Shown: positions 46,842-61,417, counted from the stretch's first letter. The stretch: DNA of 64,000 nucleotides from Escherichia coli (GCF_003334255.1 NZ_QOWU01000011.1), one strand, 5' to 3'. Program-made: numbers and translations. Notes: generated by a model from the sequence alone, not told the origin.

Positions 46842-49088
46842 CTATAACCCTCCGCGAATCAGCCCGCCCATGCCGCGACGCTCCATAAAGGCTGCAACCT
46901 GATGGCGAACTTCGGTCGCCAGTTGCGCTTCCAGACTACGCTGCGCAAGATTTTCTGCTTCGGCATAATCAATGCGCCGCAGCAGGTATTTTGCCCGCGC
47001 TACAGAACGTCCGTTCATAGACAGATGGCGATACCCAAGCCCAATGAGGATTGCCACGCACATGGGATCGCCCGCCATTTCACCGCACAAACGGAGATCG
47101 ATTCCATGTATTTCCGCTTCCCGGGCGATCATCGCCAGAGCTCGTAACATTGCAGGATGAAGACTGTCATAAATGTTCGCCACCCGGGTATTGTTGCGAT
47201 CAACGGCCAGAATGTATTGAGTCAGATCGTTGGTGCCAACAGAGATGAAATCGACCCGCTTTGCCAGATGCGGCAGCATAAATACCATTGACGGCACTTC
47301 CAGCATGATGCCGATACGTGGTTTGGGAATTTCGTAACCGATCATCTCCTCGACTTCACGTCCGGCACGTTCAATCAGGCGGCGTGCTTCATCAACTTCA
47401 TCGAGGCTTGTGACCATCGGCAACAGAATATTCAGGTTGCCCGTAGCGGCATTAGCACGCAGCATCGCCCGCACCTGGATCAAGAAGATCTCCGGCTGAT
47501 CGAGCGTAATGCGAATCCCACGCCAACCCAGGCATGGATTCTCTTCGCTGATCGGCATGTAAGGCAGCTGCTTATCTGCTCCGACATCCAGCGTACGCAA
47601 GGTGACGGGTTTATCATTGAACATTTGCAGCATCCCCTGATACTGCGCCACCTGTTCTTCTTCCGACGGGAAACCACTTTGCAGCATGAATGGGATTTCA
47701 GTGCGATAAAGACCGATGCCATCAATACGGCTGCCCAGTTTTTCTTCATGTTCCGGGCTTAAACCAGCATTGAGCATGACTTTTATACGCTCACCGCTTT
47801 TTAACTGCGCGGGTAAATTGACGTCATCTTCCGCCAGACGGCTAAGCTCAATCTCTTCACTAATTAGCCGCTGATATTCTTGCAGCAGTACCGGCTCCGG
47901 ATCGACCAGCAATTCACCGCGATAGCCATCAACGATCAGCGTCCTACGATGCAGCACCGAAGGCTGAATATCCGCGCCCATCACGGTAGGGATCCCCAGC
48001 GCACGTACCATGATCGCAGCATGGGAGTTGGCTGCGCCATCTCGCACGACAACACCGACTAAGCGATCCTGGGGCAGCTCAGCAAGCGTTGTCGCTGACA
48101 GTTCATCTGCCACCAGAATGAAACGTTCCGGCCAGGCGTTCGGCCCTTGATTAGCGTCATCAAGATGAAACAGCAATCGCTGACCCAGCGCACGTAAATC
48201 GCCAGCCCGCTCTTTGAGATAGTTATCACTTAGCGCGGCAAACTGTTCGGCAAATTTTTCAATGACCGTTTTTACCGCCCACTCTGCCACCGAGCCTTTA
48301 TCAACCTCGGCAAACAATTCGCGACGCAGCCGGGTGTCCGAAAGCAGGTGCGAGTAAAGATCGAAAATAGCCGCCGTTTCTTTTTGTGCACCGGCGGCAA
48401 AGCGTTTGCTGTAGCGGCGAAACTCGTTTGCCGCTTCTTCCAGCGCCCCGGTCAGTCGTTCGCGTTCCAGAGCCGGATCCAGCGTTGATGCCTGATACAC
48501 CTGTTCCATTAAAGGTAACGTGGCATCCTGCCAGCCTTCGGCAATCGCCACACCAGGTGCTGCCGGTAATGCGCGGATTCGCGTCTGGCGATATTGCCCA
48601 AACAAGGCAGTCAACTGCGACTGAGAAAGAATAGCTGCCATCTGGGTGGCAAGCGTCACCAGGAAGGATTCTTCACTTTCGTCATACTGGCGCAACTCTC
48701 GTTGCTGTACCACCAGTACACCAAGCAACTGGCGACGTTGAATAATTGGTACGCCTAAAAACGCGCGGAAACGTTCTTCTTTTACGGAGGGGATGTATTT
48801 GAAGCTGGGGTGCTTTTGCGCATCTGCAAGGTTTATCGGTTCCGCCAGCCTGCCAACCAGGCCGACGATCCCTTCATCAAACGCGAGCGTTACAGTGCGA
48901 CCGCGTGGTTTTTTCAGCCCCCGGGTCGCCATCAGGTAGTAACAACGTCGATCATGATCGGCCAGGTAGACCGAACAGACCTCGGTATCCATCGCAAGAC
49001 AGATGTCGGTAACCAGAATATTTAACGCCTCATTCAGGCGTGGTGCGCTGGCTACCTTTTCGACTATTTCGCGCAGGCGAGTGAGCAT
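46842..49088 (-). CDS. ptsP: Nitrogen-PTS enzyme I (GAF domain + PEP-utilising enzyme I)
   Basis: 748 aa ORF MLTRLREIVEKVASAPRLNEALNILVTDICLAM...; active-site His region GAANSHAAIMVRALGIPTV. Confidence 0.9.
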   Translation of the reverse strand: MLTRLREIVEKVASAPRLNEALNILVTDICLAMDTEVCSVYLADHDRRCYYLMATRGLKKPRGRTVTLAFDEGIVGLVGRLAEPINLADAQKHPSFKYIPSVKEERFRAFLGVPIIQRRQLLGVLVVQQRELRQYDESEESFLVTLATQMAAILSQSQLTALFGQYRQTRIRALPAAPGVAIAEGWQDATLPLMEQVYQASTLDPALERERLTGALEEAANEFRRYSKRFAAGAQKETAAIFDLYSHLLSDTRLRRELFAEVDKGSVAEWAVKTVIEKFAEQFAALSDNYLKERAGDLRALGQRLLFHLDDANQGPNAWPERFILVADELSATTLAELPQDRLVGVVVRDGAANSHAAIMVRALGIPTVMGADIQPSVLHRRTLIVDGYRGELLVDPEPVLLQEYQRLISEEIELSRLAEDDVNLPAQLKSGERIKVMLNAGLSPEHEEKLGSRIDGIGLYRTEIPFMLQSGFPSEEEQVAQYQGMLQMFNDKPVTLRTLDVGADKQLPYMPISEENPCLGWRGIRITLDQPEIFLIQVRAMLRANAATGNLNILLPMVTSLDEVDEARRLIERAGREVEEMIGYEIPKPRIGIMLEVPSMVFMLPHLAKRVDFISVGTNDLTQYILAVDRNNTRVANIYDSLHPAMLRALAMIAREAEIHGIDLRLCGEMAGDPMCVAILIGLGYRHLSMNGRSVARAKYLLRRIDYAEAENLAQRSLEAQLATEVRHQVAAFMERRGMGGLIRGGL

Positions 49089-49100
49089 AATTGGCGTGAC

Positions 49101-49631
49101 TTAACCTCTTTTACGTCGATAAGCAGATGCGTTTTGTGGTTTTGGCGTATTTTCCTGCAGTGACATCACCACACTCGCGAACTCTTTCATTACCCTACGG
49201 TAGACATCACGTTTAAATGACACCACCTGTCTGACCGGATACCAGTAACTTACCCATCGCCAGCCGTCAAACTCTGGTGTACTGCTGGTTTGCATATTGA
49301 TTTCTGCATCGCCGCTCACCAGCTGCAAGAGAAACCATTTTTGTTTTTGGCCGATACAAACCGGCTTCGTGTCCCAACGCACCAAACGTTTCGGTAATTT
49401 GTAGCGCAACCAGTTACGCGTTGAAGCAAGGATTCGAACGTCTTTGCGGCTTAATCCTACTTCTTCAAACAATTCACGGTACATCGCCTGCTCTGCGGAT
49501 TCTCCGGGGTTGATTCCGCCTTGCGGAAATTGCCAGGAGTGCTGACCAAATCGCCGGGCCCACATTACCTGCCCCTGGCGATTACAAATCACGATACCTA
49601 CGTTTGGGCGGTAGCCATCGTCATCAATCAC
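49101..49631 (-). CDS. rppH: RNA pyrophosphohydrolase (Nudix)
   Basis: 176 aa ORF, Nudix box [23 protein letters not shown]. Confidence 0.9.
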
Positions 49632-49779
49632 CGGACTACCTCAAAATAAAGCTTTATATACGAATGATTGTTTCATACTCCAGGAAGACGGTAAACCACT
49701 CTCTGCAGGGCATTACACACTAATAACAATTGAATAACTCACAGTTATGTGCAGAGTTATAAACAGAGGAAGGGGTGGA

Positions 49780-50140
49780 TAGCCGTTTTTATTCACCTTT
49801 TCTGTGGATAGAGTTGTGAAGAACTACGGAATTACTACGGGAAAACCCGGAGCATTCTGAATAAGCCCGATATAGACATTTTAAAATATTCATTATCAGT
49901 CAATGCATTACATGTAATTTTAGTAATGAAAAAGAGTAATTCGTGACCCAGGTCACACCTCTCATTTACGGGTTGGCGAAAGATCAACCAATGCCGTATT
50001 TATCCACAGAATGTGCCACTAAGTTAAGCACTGAACCACTAAAAACTGGAGTTTCGTCGCACGTCAAGGCTGTAAATGGAAACAGTAGTGGAGGTTTTTC
50101 ACAGTTATCCCAGCTTTCTGTGGATAACATGGTGTAAGAT
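49780..50140. promoter_or_regulatory. DnaA-box cluster in the rppH-mutH intergenic region, matching DARS2 (DnaA-reactivating sequence 2)
   Basis: Perfect DnaA boxes TTATCCACA at 50000-50008 (+) and 50119-50127 (reverse strand), one-mismatch box tgtggatag at 49803-49811; DARS2 is described near mutH in E. coli. Confidence 0.55.
49991..50137 (+). CDS. ygdT: Small hypothetical protein (48 aa), doubtful coding status
   Basis: MPYLSTECATKLSTEPLKTGVSSHVKAVNGNSSGGFSQLSQLSVDNMV within ORF 49943..50137; the ORF contains two DnaA boxes, so this may be regulatory DNA rather than a gene. Confidence 0.35.
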   Translation: MPYLSTECATKLSTEPLKTGVSSHVKAVNGNSSGGFSQLSQLSVDNMV

Positions 50141-50315
50141 CCTGTTTATTTTCAGTGACCAGATTTGGAAAACCCGTTGCAGTGTTGCGCAACTCGATTA
50201 CCGGCAACCTAAAAAGCAATATAAATCAGAGAATTGAACAACGCATGTGGAAAAAGTTACACTGCGAATATTCGGCACATAATTGCTGTTTGTTTTTTAA
50301 TCAAGGTATCATGAC

Positions 50316-51005
50316 ATGTCCCAACCTCGCCCACTGCTCTCTCCTCCCGAAACTGAAGAACAGTTGTTAGCGCAAGCACAGCAACTTTCTGGTTATACAT
50401 TGGGAGAACTGGCGGCACTTGTCGGGCTGGTTACGCCAGAGAATTTAAAACGCGATAAAGGCTGGATTGGCGTGTTACTGGAGATCTGGCTAGGTGCCAG
50501 CGCAGGGAGTAAACCTGAGCAAGATTTTGCTGCTCTGGGCGTGGAACTTAAAACTATCCCTGTGGATAGTCTTGGTCGTCCGCTGGAAACAACATTCGTT
50601 TGTGTTGCCCCGTTAACGGGCAATAGCGGGGTGACCTGGGAAACCAGCCACGTGCGCCACAAACTCAAACGCGTACTGTGGATACCGGTTGAAGGCGAGC
50701 GCAGCATCCCGCTGGCGCAGCGTCGCGTTGGATCACCGTTGCTGTGGAGCCCGAATGAAGAGGAAGACCGGCAGCTACGCGAAGACTGGGAAGAATTAAT
50801 GGATATGATTGTTCTCGGTCAGGTTGAGCGGATTACCGCTCGTCACGGGGAGTATTTACAGATACGACCGAAAGCAGCGAATGCGAAAGCGCTTACCGAA
50901 GCCATTGGTGCCCGGGGCGAACGGATTCTGACGCTGCCACGCGGCTTTTATTTGAAGAAGAATTTCACCAGTGCACTACTGGCCCGTCATTTTCTGATCC
51001 AGTAG
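50316..51005 (+). CDS. mutH: Methyl-directed mismatch repair endonuclease MutH
   Basis: 229 aa [40 protein letters not shown]... Confidence 0.95.
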   Translation: MSQPRPLLSPPETEEQLLAQAQQLSGYTLGELAALVGLVTPENLKRDKGWIGVLLEIWLGASAGSKPEQDFAALGVELKTIPVDSLGRPLETTFVCVAPLTGNSGVTWETSHVRHKLKRVLWIPVEGERSIPLAQRRVGSPLLWSPNEEEDRQLREDWEELMDMIVLGQVERITARHGEYLQIRPKAANAKALTEAIGARGERILTLPRGFYLKKNFTSALLARHFLIQ

Positions 51006-51073
51006 CCATCGCTTTGACCTGCCGCTTTCCGGGCATATAATTACCGCTTCATTTTTTTGGCAGGGCTTTTTAG

Positions 51074-51787
51074 ATGTTATTTGCATGGATAACCGATCCT
51101 AACGCCTGGCTTGCGCTCGGTACGCTGACGCTGCTGGAGATCGTTCTTGGGATCGACAATATTATTTTCCTTTCTCTGGTGGTGGCAAAGCTTCCCACAG
51201 CACAACGTGCTCATGCGCGCCGTCTGGGGTTGGCGGGAGCCATGGTTATGCGTCTGGCGCTGCTGGCATCAATCGCCTGGGTTACGCGCCTGACAAATCC
51301 GCTTTTTACAATATTCAGTCAGGAAATTTCTGCCCGTGATTTGATTCTGCTTCTGGGTGGCTTGTTCCTTATCTGGAAAGCCAGCAAGGAAATCCACGAA
51401 TCCATTGAAGGTGAAGAAGAAGGGCTGAAAACACGCGTTTCATCATTCCTCGGCGCTATCGTGCAGATTATGCTGCTGGATATTATCTTTAGCCTCGACT
51501 CGGTGATTACGGCTGTGGGTCTGTCAGATCACCTGTTTATTATGATGGCAGCCGTGGTGATTGCCGTAGGCGTGATGATGTTCGCCGCGCGCTCGATTGG
51601 TGATTTTGTCGAACGCCATCCTTCGGTAAAAATGCTGGCGCTCTCTTTCCTGATTCTGGTGGGCTTTACCCTGATTCTGGAAAGTTTCGACATCCACGTA
51701 CCGAAAGGTTACATCTACTTCGCGATGTTCTTCTCTATTGCGGTTGAAAGCCTCAACTTGATTCGCAACAAAAAGAATCCGCTCTGA
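51074..51787 (+). CDS. ygdQ: TerC-family integral membrane protein
   Basis: 237 aa hydrophobic [44 protein letters not shown]... Confidence 0.85.
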
Positions 51788-51924
51788 TACTCCGTACGCT
51801 CTCCTGCGGGAGGGCGTACTCACTCCTTTTACCCTCACAGTTTAAGATTTTCCTGCTTTCAAGATATATAACGTCGGTTTATAAACAGACTATTATCATA
51901 GGTAGGCCAAATGAGGATAACCGG

Positions 51925-52143
51925 ATGAAAAAATGGGCAGTAATAATTTCTGCAGTCGGACTGGCGTTTGCTGTTTCCGGGTGTTCCAGTGATTACGTCA
52001 TGGCGACCAAAGATGGCCGTATGATTTTGACCGATGGAAAACCTGAAATTGATGATGATACCGGGCTGGTGAGTTATCACGATCAGCAAGGTAACGCGAT
52101 GCAAATTAACCGTGATGATGTTTCGCAAATTATTGAACGTTAA
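51925..52143 (+). CDS. ygdR: DUF903 small lipoprotein (paralog of ygdI)
   Basis: 72 aa [75 protein letters not shown]; lipobox VSGC. Confidence 0.85.
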
Positions 52144-52250
52144 CAAATAAGGTCAGCATCCGGCTGGCCTTAAGATTTTTCTCTTTCCCTTTTCCCTTCC
52201 CTCTGCCATTTTTATATTCCTTATGTCGTGATTATAAAAAGGAAACGGCT

Positions 52251-53291
52251 ATGCAATATCACCGTATACCCCACAGTTCGCTGGAAGTCAGCACGCTGGG
52301 GCTTGGCACGATGACGTTTGGTGAACAGAACAGCGAAGCCGACGCCCACGCACAACTCGACTATGCCGTCGCTCAGGGCATTAACCTTATCGACGTTGCC
52401 GAAATGTACCCAGTACCTCCGCGCCCCGAAACGCAAGGGTTAACCGAAACCTACGTCGGCAACTGGCTGGCGAAACATGGCAGCCGCGAAAAGTTAATTA
52501 TCGCCTCCAAAGTGAGCGGACCGTCGCGCAATAATGACAAGGGCATCCGCCCGGATCAGGCGCTGGATCGGAAGAATATCCGCGAAGCGCTGCATGACAG
52601 CCTCAAGCGCCTACAGACTGATTACCTCGATCTTTATCAGGTGCACTGGCCGCAGCGCCCGACCAACTGCTTCGGCAAACTCGGTTATAGCTGGACGGAT
52701 TCTGCGCCTGCGGTTTCGCTGCTGGATACGCTGGACGCACTGGCAGAGTACCTACGCGCGGGAAAAATTCGTTATATCGGCGTGTCGAACGAAACTGCAT
52801 TTGGCGTAATGCGCTACCTGCATCTGGCGGACAAACACGATCTGCCGCGTATTGTCACCATTCAGAACCCTTACAGTCTGTTAAACCGCAGTTTTGAAGT
52901 AGGTCTGGCAGAAGTCAGCCAGTATGAAGGGGTCGAACTGCTGGCCTATTCGTGCCTGGGTTTCGGCACGCTGACCGGGAAATATCTCAATGGTGCAAAA
53001 CCCGCTGGCGCACGTAATACGCTCTTTAGTCGGTTCACCCGCTATAGCGGTGAGCAAACGCAAAAAGCCGTCGCGGCGTATGTTGATATCGCCAGACGTC
53101 ATGGCCTGGACCCTGCTCAGATGGCGCTCGCGTTTGTACGCCGTCAACCGTTTGTTGCCAGCACTCTGCTGGGCGCAACCACGATGGATCAGCTGAAAAC
53201 TAACATCGAAAGTTTGCATCTGGAGTTAAGCGAAGACGTATTAGCTGAAATTGAAGCGGTGCATCAGGTTTATACTTATCCGGCACCATAA
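52251..53291 (+). CDS. tas: Aldo-keto reductase (NADP(H)-dependent)
   Basis: 346 aa ORF MQYHRIPHSSLEVSTLGLGTMTFGEQNSEADAHAQLDYAVAQGINLIDVAEMY... Confidence 0.9.
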   Translation: MQYHRIPHSSLEVSTLGLGTMTFGEQNSEADAHAQLDYAVAQGINLIDVAEMYPVPPRPETQGLTETYVGNWLAKHGSREKLIIASKVSGPSRNNDKGIRPDQALDRKNIREALHDSLKRLQTDYLDLYQVHWPQRPTNCFGKLGYSWTDSAPAVSLLDTLDALAEYLRAGKIRYIGVSNETAFGVMRYLHLADKHDLPRIVTIQNPYSLLNRSFEVGLAEVSQYEGVELLAYSCLGFGTLTGKYLNGAKPAGARNTLFSRFTRYSGEQTQKAVAAYVDIARRHGLDPAQMALAFVRRQPFVASTLLGATTMDQLKTNIESLHLELSEDVLAEIEAVHQVYTYPAP

Positions 53292-53294
53292 GAT

Positions 53295-53316
53295 TAACGC
53301 CGGTTAAAACCGGCGT
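53295..53316. terminator. Bidirectional hairpin between convergent tas and lplT
   Basis: aacgccggtt-aa-aaccggcgtt perfect 10 bp stem flanked by A/T. Confidence 0.55.
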
Positions 53317-53322
53317 TAAATA

Positions 53323-56689
<3,367 letters not shown>

Positions 56690-56755
56690 TCAGTAAAAGC
56701 GAATGGAGGGAGATTACACGAGATAAAGAACGCGAGCGACAGTAAATTAGGTGCG

Positions 56756-56843
56756 AAAAAAAACCTGCGCATCCGCGCAGGTTGGTGCAAGAGACAGGGT
56801 ACGAAGAGCGTACCGAATAATCTCACCAATCAATACCTCTGGG
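56756..56843 (-). ncRNA. omrA: OmrA small RNA (Hfq-dependent, OmpR-regulated)
   Basis: Minus strand reads CCCAGAGGUAUUGAUUGGUGAGAUUAUUCGGUACGCUCUUCGUACCCUGUCUCUUGCACCAACCUGCGCGGAUGCGCAGG plus U8. Confidence 0.85.
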
Positions 56844-56957
56844 ATCTTGATTGTGGTCTGCACGACGACTCTTCGCCAGCGAGAAAACGCAAAGGAATGA
56901 AGGGAAATGCAACGAGGTGTGTAAATTGTCGGTTACTGTTACAGATTGATGACCGGC

Positions 56958-57039
56958 AAAAAAAACCTGCGCATCTGCGCAGGCTGGTGTAATTCATGTG
57001 CTCAACCCGAAGTTGACTTCACCTATCAATACCTCTGGG
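56958..57039 (-). ncRNA. omrB: OmrB small RNA (paralog of OmrA)
   Basis: Minus strand reads CCCAGAGGUAUUGAUAGGUGAAGUCAACUUCGGGUUGAGCACAUGAAUUACACCAGCCUGCGCAGAUGCGCAGG plus U8; same 5' end and terminator as OmrA. Confidence 0.85.
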
Positions 57040-57252
57040 ATCACCACTTTAGCAACCTGAAGCCAAACGCCACCAGCGGTCAATCGCAACAGCGTTTCGC
57101 AAAGTGTAACCAAAGGTTTGCAATCTCTTTTTTTGTCTTACTTATTTGCGTTTGGCTCACATTCCCACGATGAAAACACGCCACCCCTTGAACCAACGGG
57201 CGTTTTCCGTAACACTGAAAGAATGTAAGCGTTTACCCACTAAGGTATTTTC

Positions 57253-58284
57253 ATGGCGACCATAAAGGATGTAGCCCGACTGGCAGGCGTTTCAGTCGCC
57301 ACCGTTTCCCGCGTCATTAATAATTCACCCAAAGCCAGCGAAGCTTCCCGGCTGGCTGTGCATAGTGCAATGGAGTCTCTTAGCTATCACCCGAACGCCA
57401 ACGCCCGTGCGCTGGCGCAGCAGACCACTGAAACGGTCGGTCTGGTCGTTGGTGATGTTTCCGATCCGTTTTTCGGTGCAATGGTGAAAGCGGTCGAACA
57501 GGTGGCTTATCACACCGGTAATTTTTTATTGATTGGCAACGGTTACCACAACGAACAAAAAGAGCGTCAGGCCATTGAGCAACTGATCCGCCATCGCTGT
57601 GCTGCGTTGGTCGTCCATGCCAAAATGATCCCGGATGCTGATTTAGCCTCATTAATGAAACAAATGCCCGGTATGGTGCTGATCAACCGTATCCTGCCTG
57701 GCTTTGAAAACCGTTGTATTGCTCTGGACGATCGTTACGGTGCCTGGCTGGCAACGCGTCATTTAATTCAGCAAGGTCATACCCGCATTGGTTATCTGTG
57801 CTCTAACCACTCTATTTCTGACGCCGAAGATCGTCTGCAAGGGTATTACGATGCCCTTGCTGAAAGTGGTATTGCGGCCAATGACCGGCTGGTGACATTT
57901 GGCGAACCAGACGAAAGCGGCGGCGAACAGGCAATGACCGAGCTTTTGGGACGAGGAAGAAATTTCACTGCGGTAGCCTGTTATAACGATTCAATGGCGG
58001 CGGGTGCGATGGGCGTTCTCAATGATAATGGTATTGATGTACCGGGTGAGATTTCGTTAATTGGCTTTGATGATGTGCTGGTGTCACGCTATGTGCGTCC
58101 GCGCCTGACCACCGTGCGTTACCCAATCGTGACGATGGCGACCCAGGCTGCCGAACTGGCTTTGGCGCTGGCGGATAATCGCCCTCTCCCGGAAATCACT
58201 AATGTCTTTAGTCCGACGCTGGTACGTCGTCATTCAGTGTCAACTCCGTCGCTGGAGGCAAGTCATCATGCAACCAGCGACTAA
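57253..58284 (+). CDS. galR: LacI-family galactose repressor
   Basis: 343 aa ORF MATIKDVARLAGVSVATVSRVINNSPKASEASR... (LacI HTH). Confidence 0.9.
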   Translation: MATIKDVARLAGVSVATVSRVINNSPKASEASRLAVHSAMESLSYHPNANARALAQQTTETVGLVVGDVSDPFFGAMVKAVEQVAYHTGNFLLIGNGYHNEQKERQAIEQLIRHRCAALVVHAKMIPDADLASLMKQMPGMVLINRILPGFENRCIALDDRYGAWLATRHLIQQGHTRIGYLCSNHSISDAEDRLQGYYDALAESGIAANDRLVTFGEPDESGGEQAMTELLGRGRNFTAVACYNDSMAAGAMGVLNDNGIDVPGEISLIGFDDVLVSRYVRPRLTTVRYPIVTMATQAAELALALADNRPLPEITNVFSPTLVRRHSVSTPSLEASHHATSD

Positions 58285-58290
58285 CCGCAG

Positions 58291-59553
58291 TTAAAGCAAT
58301 TCCAGCGCCAGTAATTCTTCGATGGTCTGGCGACGGCGAATCAACCGCGCCTGACCATTATCAAACAGAACTTCTGGTAACAGCGGACGGCTATTGTAGT
58401 TGGATGACATTGATGCGCCATATGCCCCTGTATCATGCAGTACCAGATAATCACCTGCCTTCACTTCCGGCAAGGCGCGGGTTTCAACATTTCCCCCTTC
58501 CTGCTGGGTAAAGACATCGCCCGATTCACATAACGGTCCGGCGACGACGGTTTCCACCGTTGGCGCGTGTTCCAGAGAACGACCATCAGCTGCCAGGGCA
58601 CTGATATGGTGGTAACTACCGTACATTGCCGGGCGCATCAGATCGTTGAACCCGGCATCAACCAGCACAAAGTGGCGGCTCCCCATTTGTTTGACGCTCC
58701 GCACCTGAGTAATTAATACGCCAGACTGCGCTACCAGGAAGCGACCCGGTTCAATTTCCAGTTTCACAGGGTGGCCCAAATGGCGGGCGATTTGCTCACG
58801 CGCGGCATTCCACAGACCATAATAATGTTCGGTATCAACCGCCTCTTCACCCTGTTGATAAGGAACAGAAAGCCCACCGCCCGCAGAAATAGCCTGTAAA
58901 TCCTGACCGAATTCGATGACCTGACGCACCATAGCACCACACACCTGTTCCAGATGGGCATAATCAACGCCAGAACCAATGTGCATGTGAATGCCGACCA
59001 GCTGCAGATGATGACGTTGTATCACGTCCAGTGCGGCGGGCAGATCGGTGTACCAGATACCGTGCTTGCTGTTTTCGCCACCGGTATTGGTTTTTTGGCT
59101 ATGTCCGTGACCAAACCCCGGATTAACGCGCAGCCATACCCGATGCCCTGGCGAAACCTGGCCCAGTTGGTCGAGCATATCAACAGAACCCGCATTCACC
59201 GGAATTTGCAATTCACTGACGCGTTCAAGCGTCGCCTGATCGATAACATCTGCCGTAAAAACAATATCATCGGGGTGCGTTTGCGGATTGTAACCCGCCG
59301 CCAACGCACGCTCTATTTCGCCTAACGAGACGGAATCCACTTTCACGCCCTGCTCACGCATTAAGCGCAAAATATGAATATTGGAACAGGCTTTCTGTGC
59401 AAAGCGCACCACATCAAACTGTTTCAGCGCTGCAATCTGCCGACGAATAATTTGCGCATCGTAGACCCACACCGGGCAGCCAAATTCAGCGGGCAAACGC
59501 AGCAGATTTTCGGCGGTGAGATCGGTATCGGTGCTGAACAGTGAATGTGGCAT
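58291..59553 (-). CDS. lysA: Diaminopimelate decarboxylase (PLP)
   Basis: 420 aa ORF MPHSLFSTDTDLTAENLLRLPAEFGCPVWVYDAQIIRRQIAALKQFD... Confidence 0.9.
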   Translation of the reverse strand: MPHSLFSTDTDLTAENLLRLPAEFGCPVWVYDAQIIRRQIAALKQFDVVRFAQKACSNIHILRLMREQGVKVDSVSLGEIERALAAGYNPQTHPDDIVFTADVIDQATLERVSELQIPVNAGSVDMLDQLGQVSPGHRVWLRVNPGFGHGHSQKTNTGGENSKHGIWYTDLPAALDVIQRHHLQLVGIHMHIGSGVDYAHLEQVCGAMVRQVIEFGQDLQAISAGGGLSVPYQQGEEAVDTEHYYGLWNAAREQIARHLGHPVKLEIEPGRFLVAQSGVLITQVRSVKQMGSRHFVLVDAGFNDLMRPAMYGSYHHISALAADGRSLEHAPTVETVVAGPLCESGDVFTQQEGGNVETRALPEVKAGDYLVLHDTGAYGASMSSNYNSRPLLPEVLFDNGQARLIRRRQTIEELLALELL

Positions 59554-59674
59554 AACAAACTCCAGATAAGTGCTTTTTTATGATTACGCCACATCATAAA
59601 AAGAATAAAAAATATCGATTTATGTCGAGTCTATGCAAAAATGATATGGATTACCGGATTGCGAGAGAGCGCTA

Positions 59675-60610
59675 ATGGCCGCCGTTAACTTACGTCATAT
59701 TGAAATTTTTCATGCGGTAATGACCGCCGGAAGCCTGACTGAGGCGGCACACCTGCTACACACCTCACAGCCAACCGTCAGCCGCGAACTTGCGCGCTTT
59801 GAGAAGGTGATCGGGCTGAAATTGTTTGAGCGCGTACGTGGGCGATTACATCCTACCGTGCAAGGACTGCGTCTGTTTGAAGAAGTGCAACGATCCTGGT
59901 ACGGACTGGATCGCATTGTCAGCGCCGCAGAAAGTCTGCGCGAGTTTCGCCAGGGAGAACTGTCTATTGCCTGCCTGCCGGTCTTTTCGCAATCTTTTTT
60001 ACCGCAGCTCCTGCAACCCTTTCTGGCACGTTATCCCGATGTCAGCTTAAATATCGTGCCCCAGGAATCACCGCTACTTGAAGAGTGGCTCTCGGCCCAG
60101 CGTCATGATTTAGGACTCACTGAAACGCTCCATACGCCTGCGGGAACAGAACGTACCGAATTACTCTCTTTAGATGAAGTGTGTGTGTTACCTCCGGGTC
60201 ATCCGCTGGCGGTAAAAAAGGTATTAACGCCGGATGATTTTCAGGGTGAGAACTACATCAGCCTTTCCCGTACTGACAGCTATCGCCAGTTGCTGGATCA
60301 GCTATTTACTGAACATCAGGTTAAACGACGCATGATCGTAGAAACCCACAGCGCCGCGTCAGTCTGCGCAATGGTACGGGCGGGGGTAGGTGTTTCGGTG
60401 GTTAACCCGCTCACCGCACTAGATTATGCGGCAAGCGGTTTAGTGGTGCGGCGGTTCAGTATTGCGGTTCCGTTCACCGTCAGCCTGATCCGCCCCCTGC
60501 ACCGCCCGTCATCAGCGCTGGTTCAGGCGTTTAGTGGGCATTTACAAGCGGGGTTACCGAAACTGGTCACTTCTCTTGACGCTATTTTGTCGTCAGCTAC
60601 GACAGCATAA
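59675..60610 (+). CDS. lysR: LysR-family activator of lysA
   Basis: 311 aa [46 protein letters not shown]...; divergent from lysA. Confidence 0.9.
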
Positions 60611-61289
60611 AAGCGACAGCATCCTCGGCATGGATCGCCGCGGTATCAAACACAGGCAAAACACTGCGCTCTTCTGGCACCAGTAAACCAATTTCTGTGC
60701 AGCCAAAAATGACGCCCTGTGCGCCCTGTTCTGCAAGGCGAGCAATCACTTGCGCATAATAAGCGCGTGACGCTTCGGTAAATTGCCCCAGACACAGTTC
60801 TTCAAAAATAATCTGATTAATTTTCGCCCGTTCATCCGCTTCAGGAATAAGACAATTGATGGAAAATTGTTCCGTCAGCCGCCCGCGATAAAAATCCTGT
60901 TCCATGGTGTAACGCGTACCCAGCAGCGCCACACGAGTCATTCCGGCCCCGGTAATTGCACGTCCGGTGGCATCCGCAATGTGTAAGAAAGGCAGAGTGC
61001 AACGTGACTCAATGGCATCCGCCACTTTATGCATCGTATTGGTACATAACACAATACCTTCTGCGCCCGCCCGCTGTAAGCCAAGCGCCGCCTCAGCCAG
61101 AATGTCCCCGGTTTTATCCCATTCCCCGCGACGCTGGCACTCTTCTATTTCATGAAAATCGACGCTATGTAGCAGCACTTGCGCAGAGTGAAGCCCACCA
61201 AGCCGCTGTTTAATGCCTTCATTTATCAAACGATAGTAAGGAATGGTGGATTCCCAGCTCATTCCTCCCAGCAAACCAATTGTTTTCAT
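60597..61289 (-). CDS. ygeA: Asp/Glu-racemase-family amino-acid racemase
   Basis: ORF 60597..61358 trimmed to [32 protein letters not shown] (230 aa). Confidence 0.85.
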
Positions 61290-61378
61290 TCCTCTCTCCT
61301 GATGTGTGTTACCGCAACAAGGCTGAATAAGGAACGAGACAAACGCCTCAACGGCCAAGTGCCCAATCTCTATTAACG

Positions 61379-61411
61379 AAAAAAGGGCCGGATGTACAGC
61401 ACATCCGGCCC
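61379..61411 (-). terminator. Rho-independent terminator after araE
   Basis: Plus strand aaaaaa then gggccggatgt-acagc-acatccggccc; on the minus strand a hairpin followed by U6. Confidence 0.6.
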
Positions 61412-61417
61412 GTGAAA

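Noticed and set aside
49943-50137. 64 aa version of the ygdT ORF
   Set aside because: It has no RBS at the first ATG. The only plausible coding form is the 48 aa frame starting at 49991, reported with low confidence.
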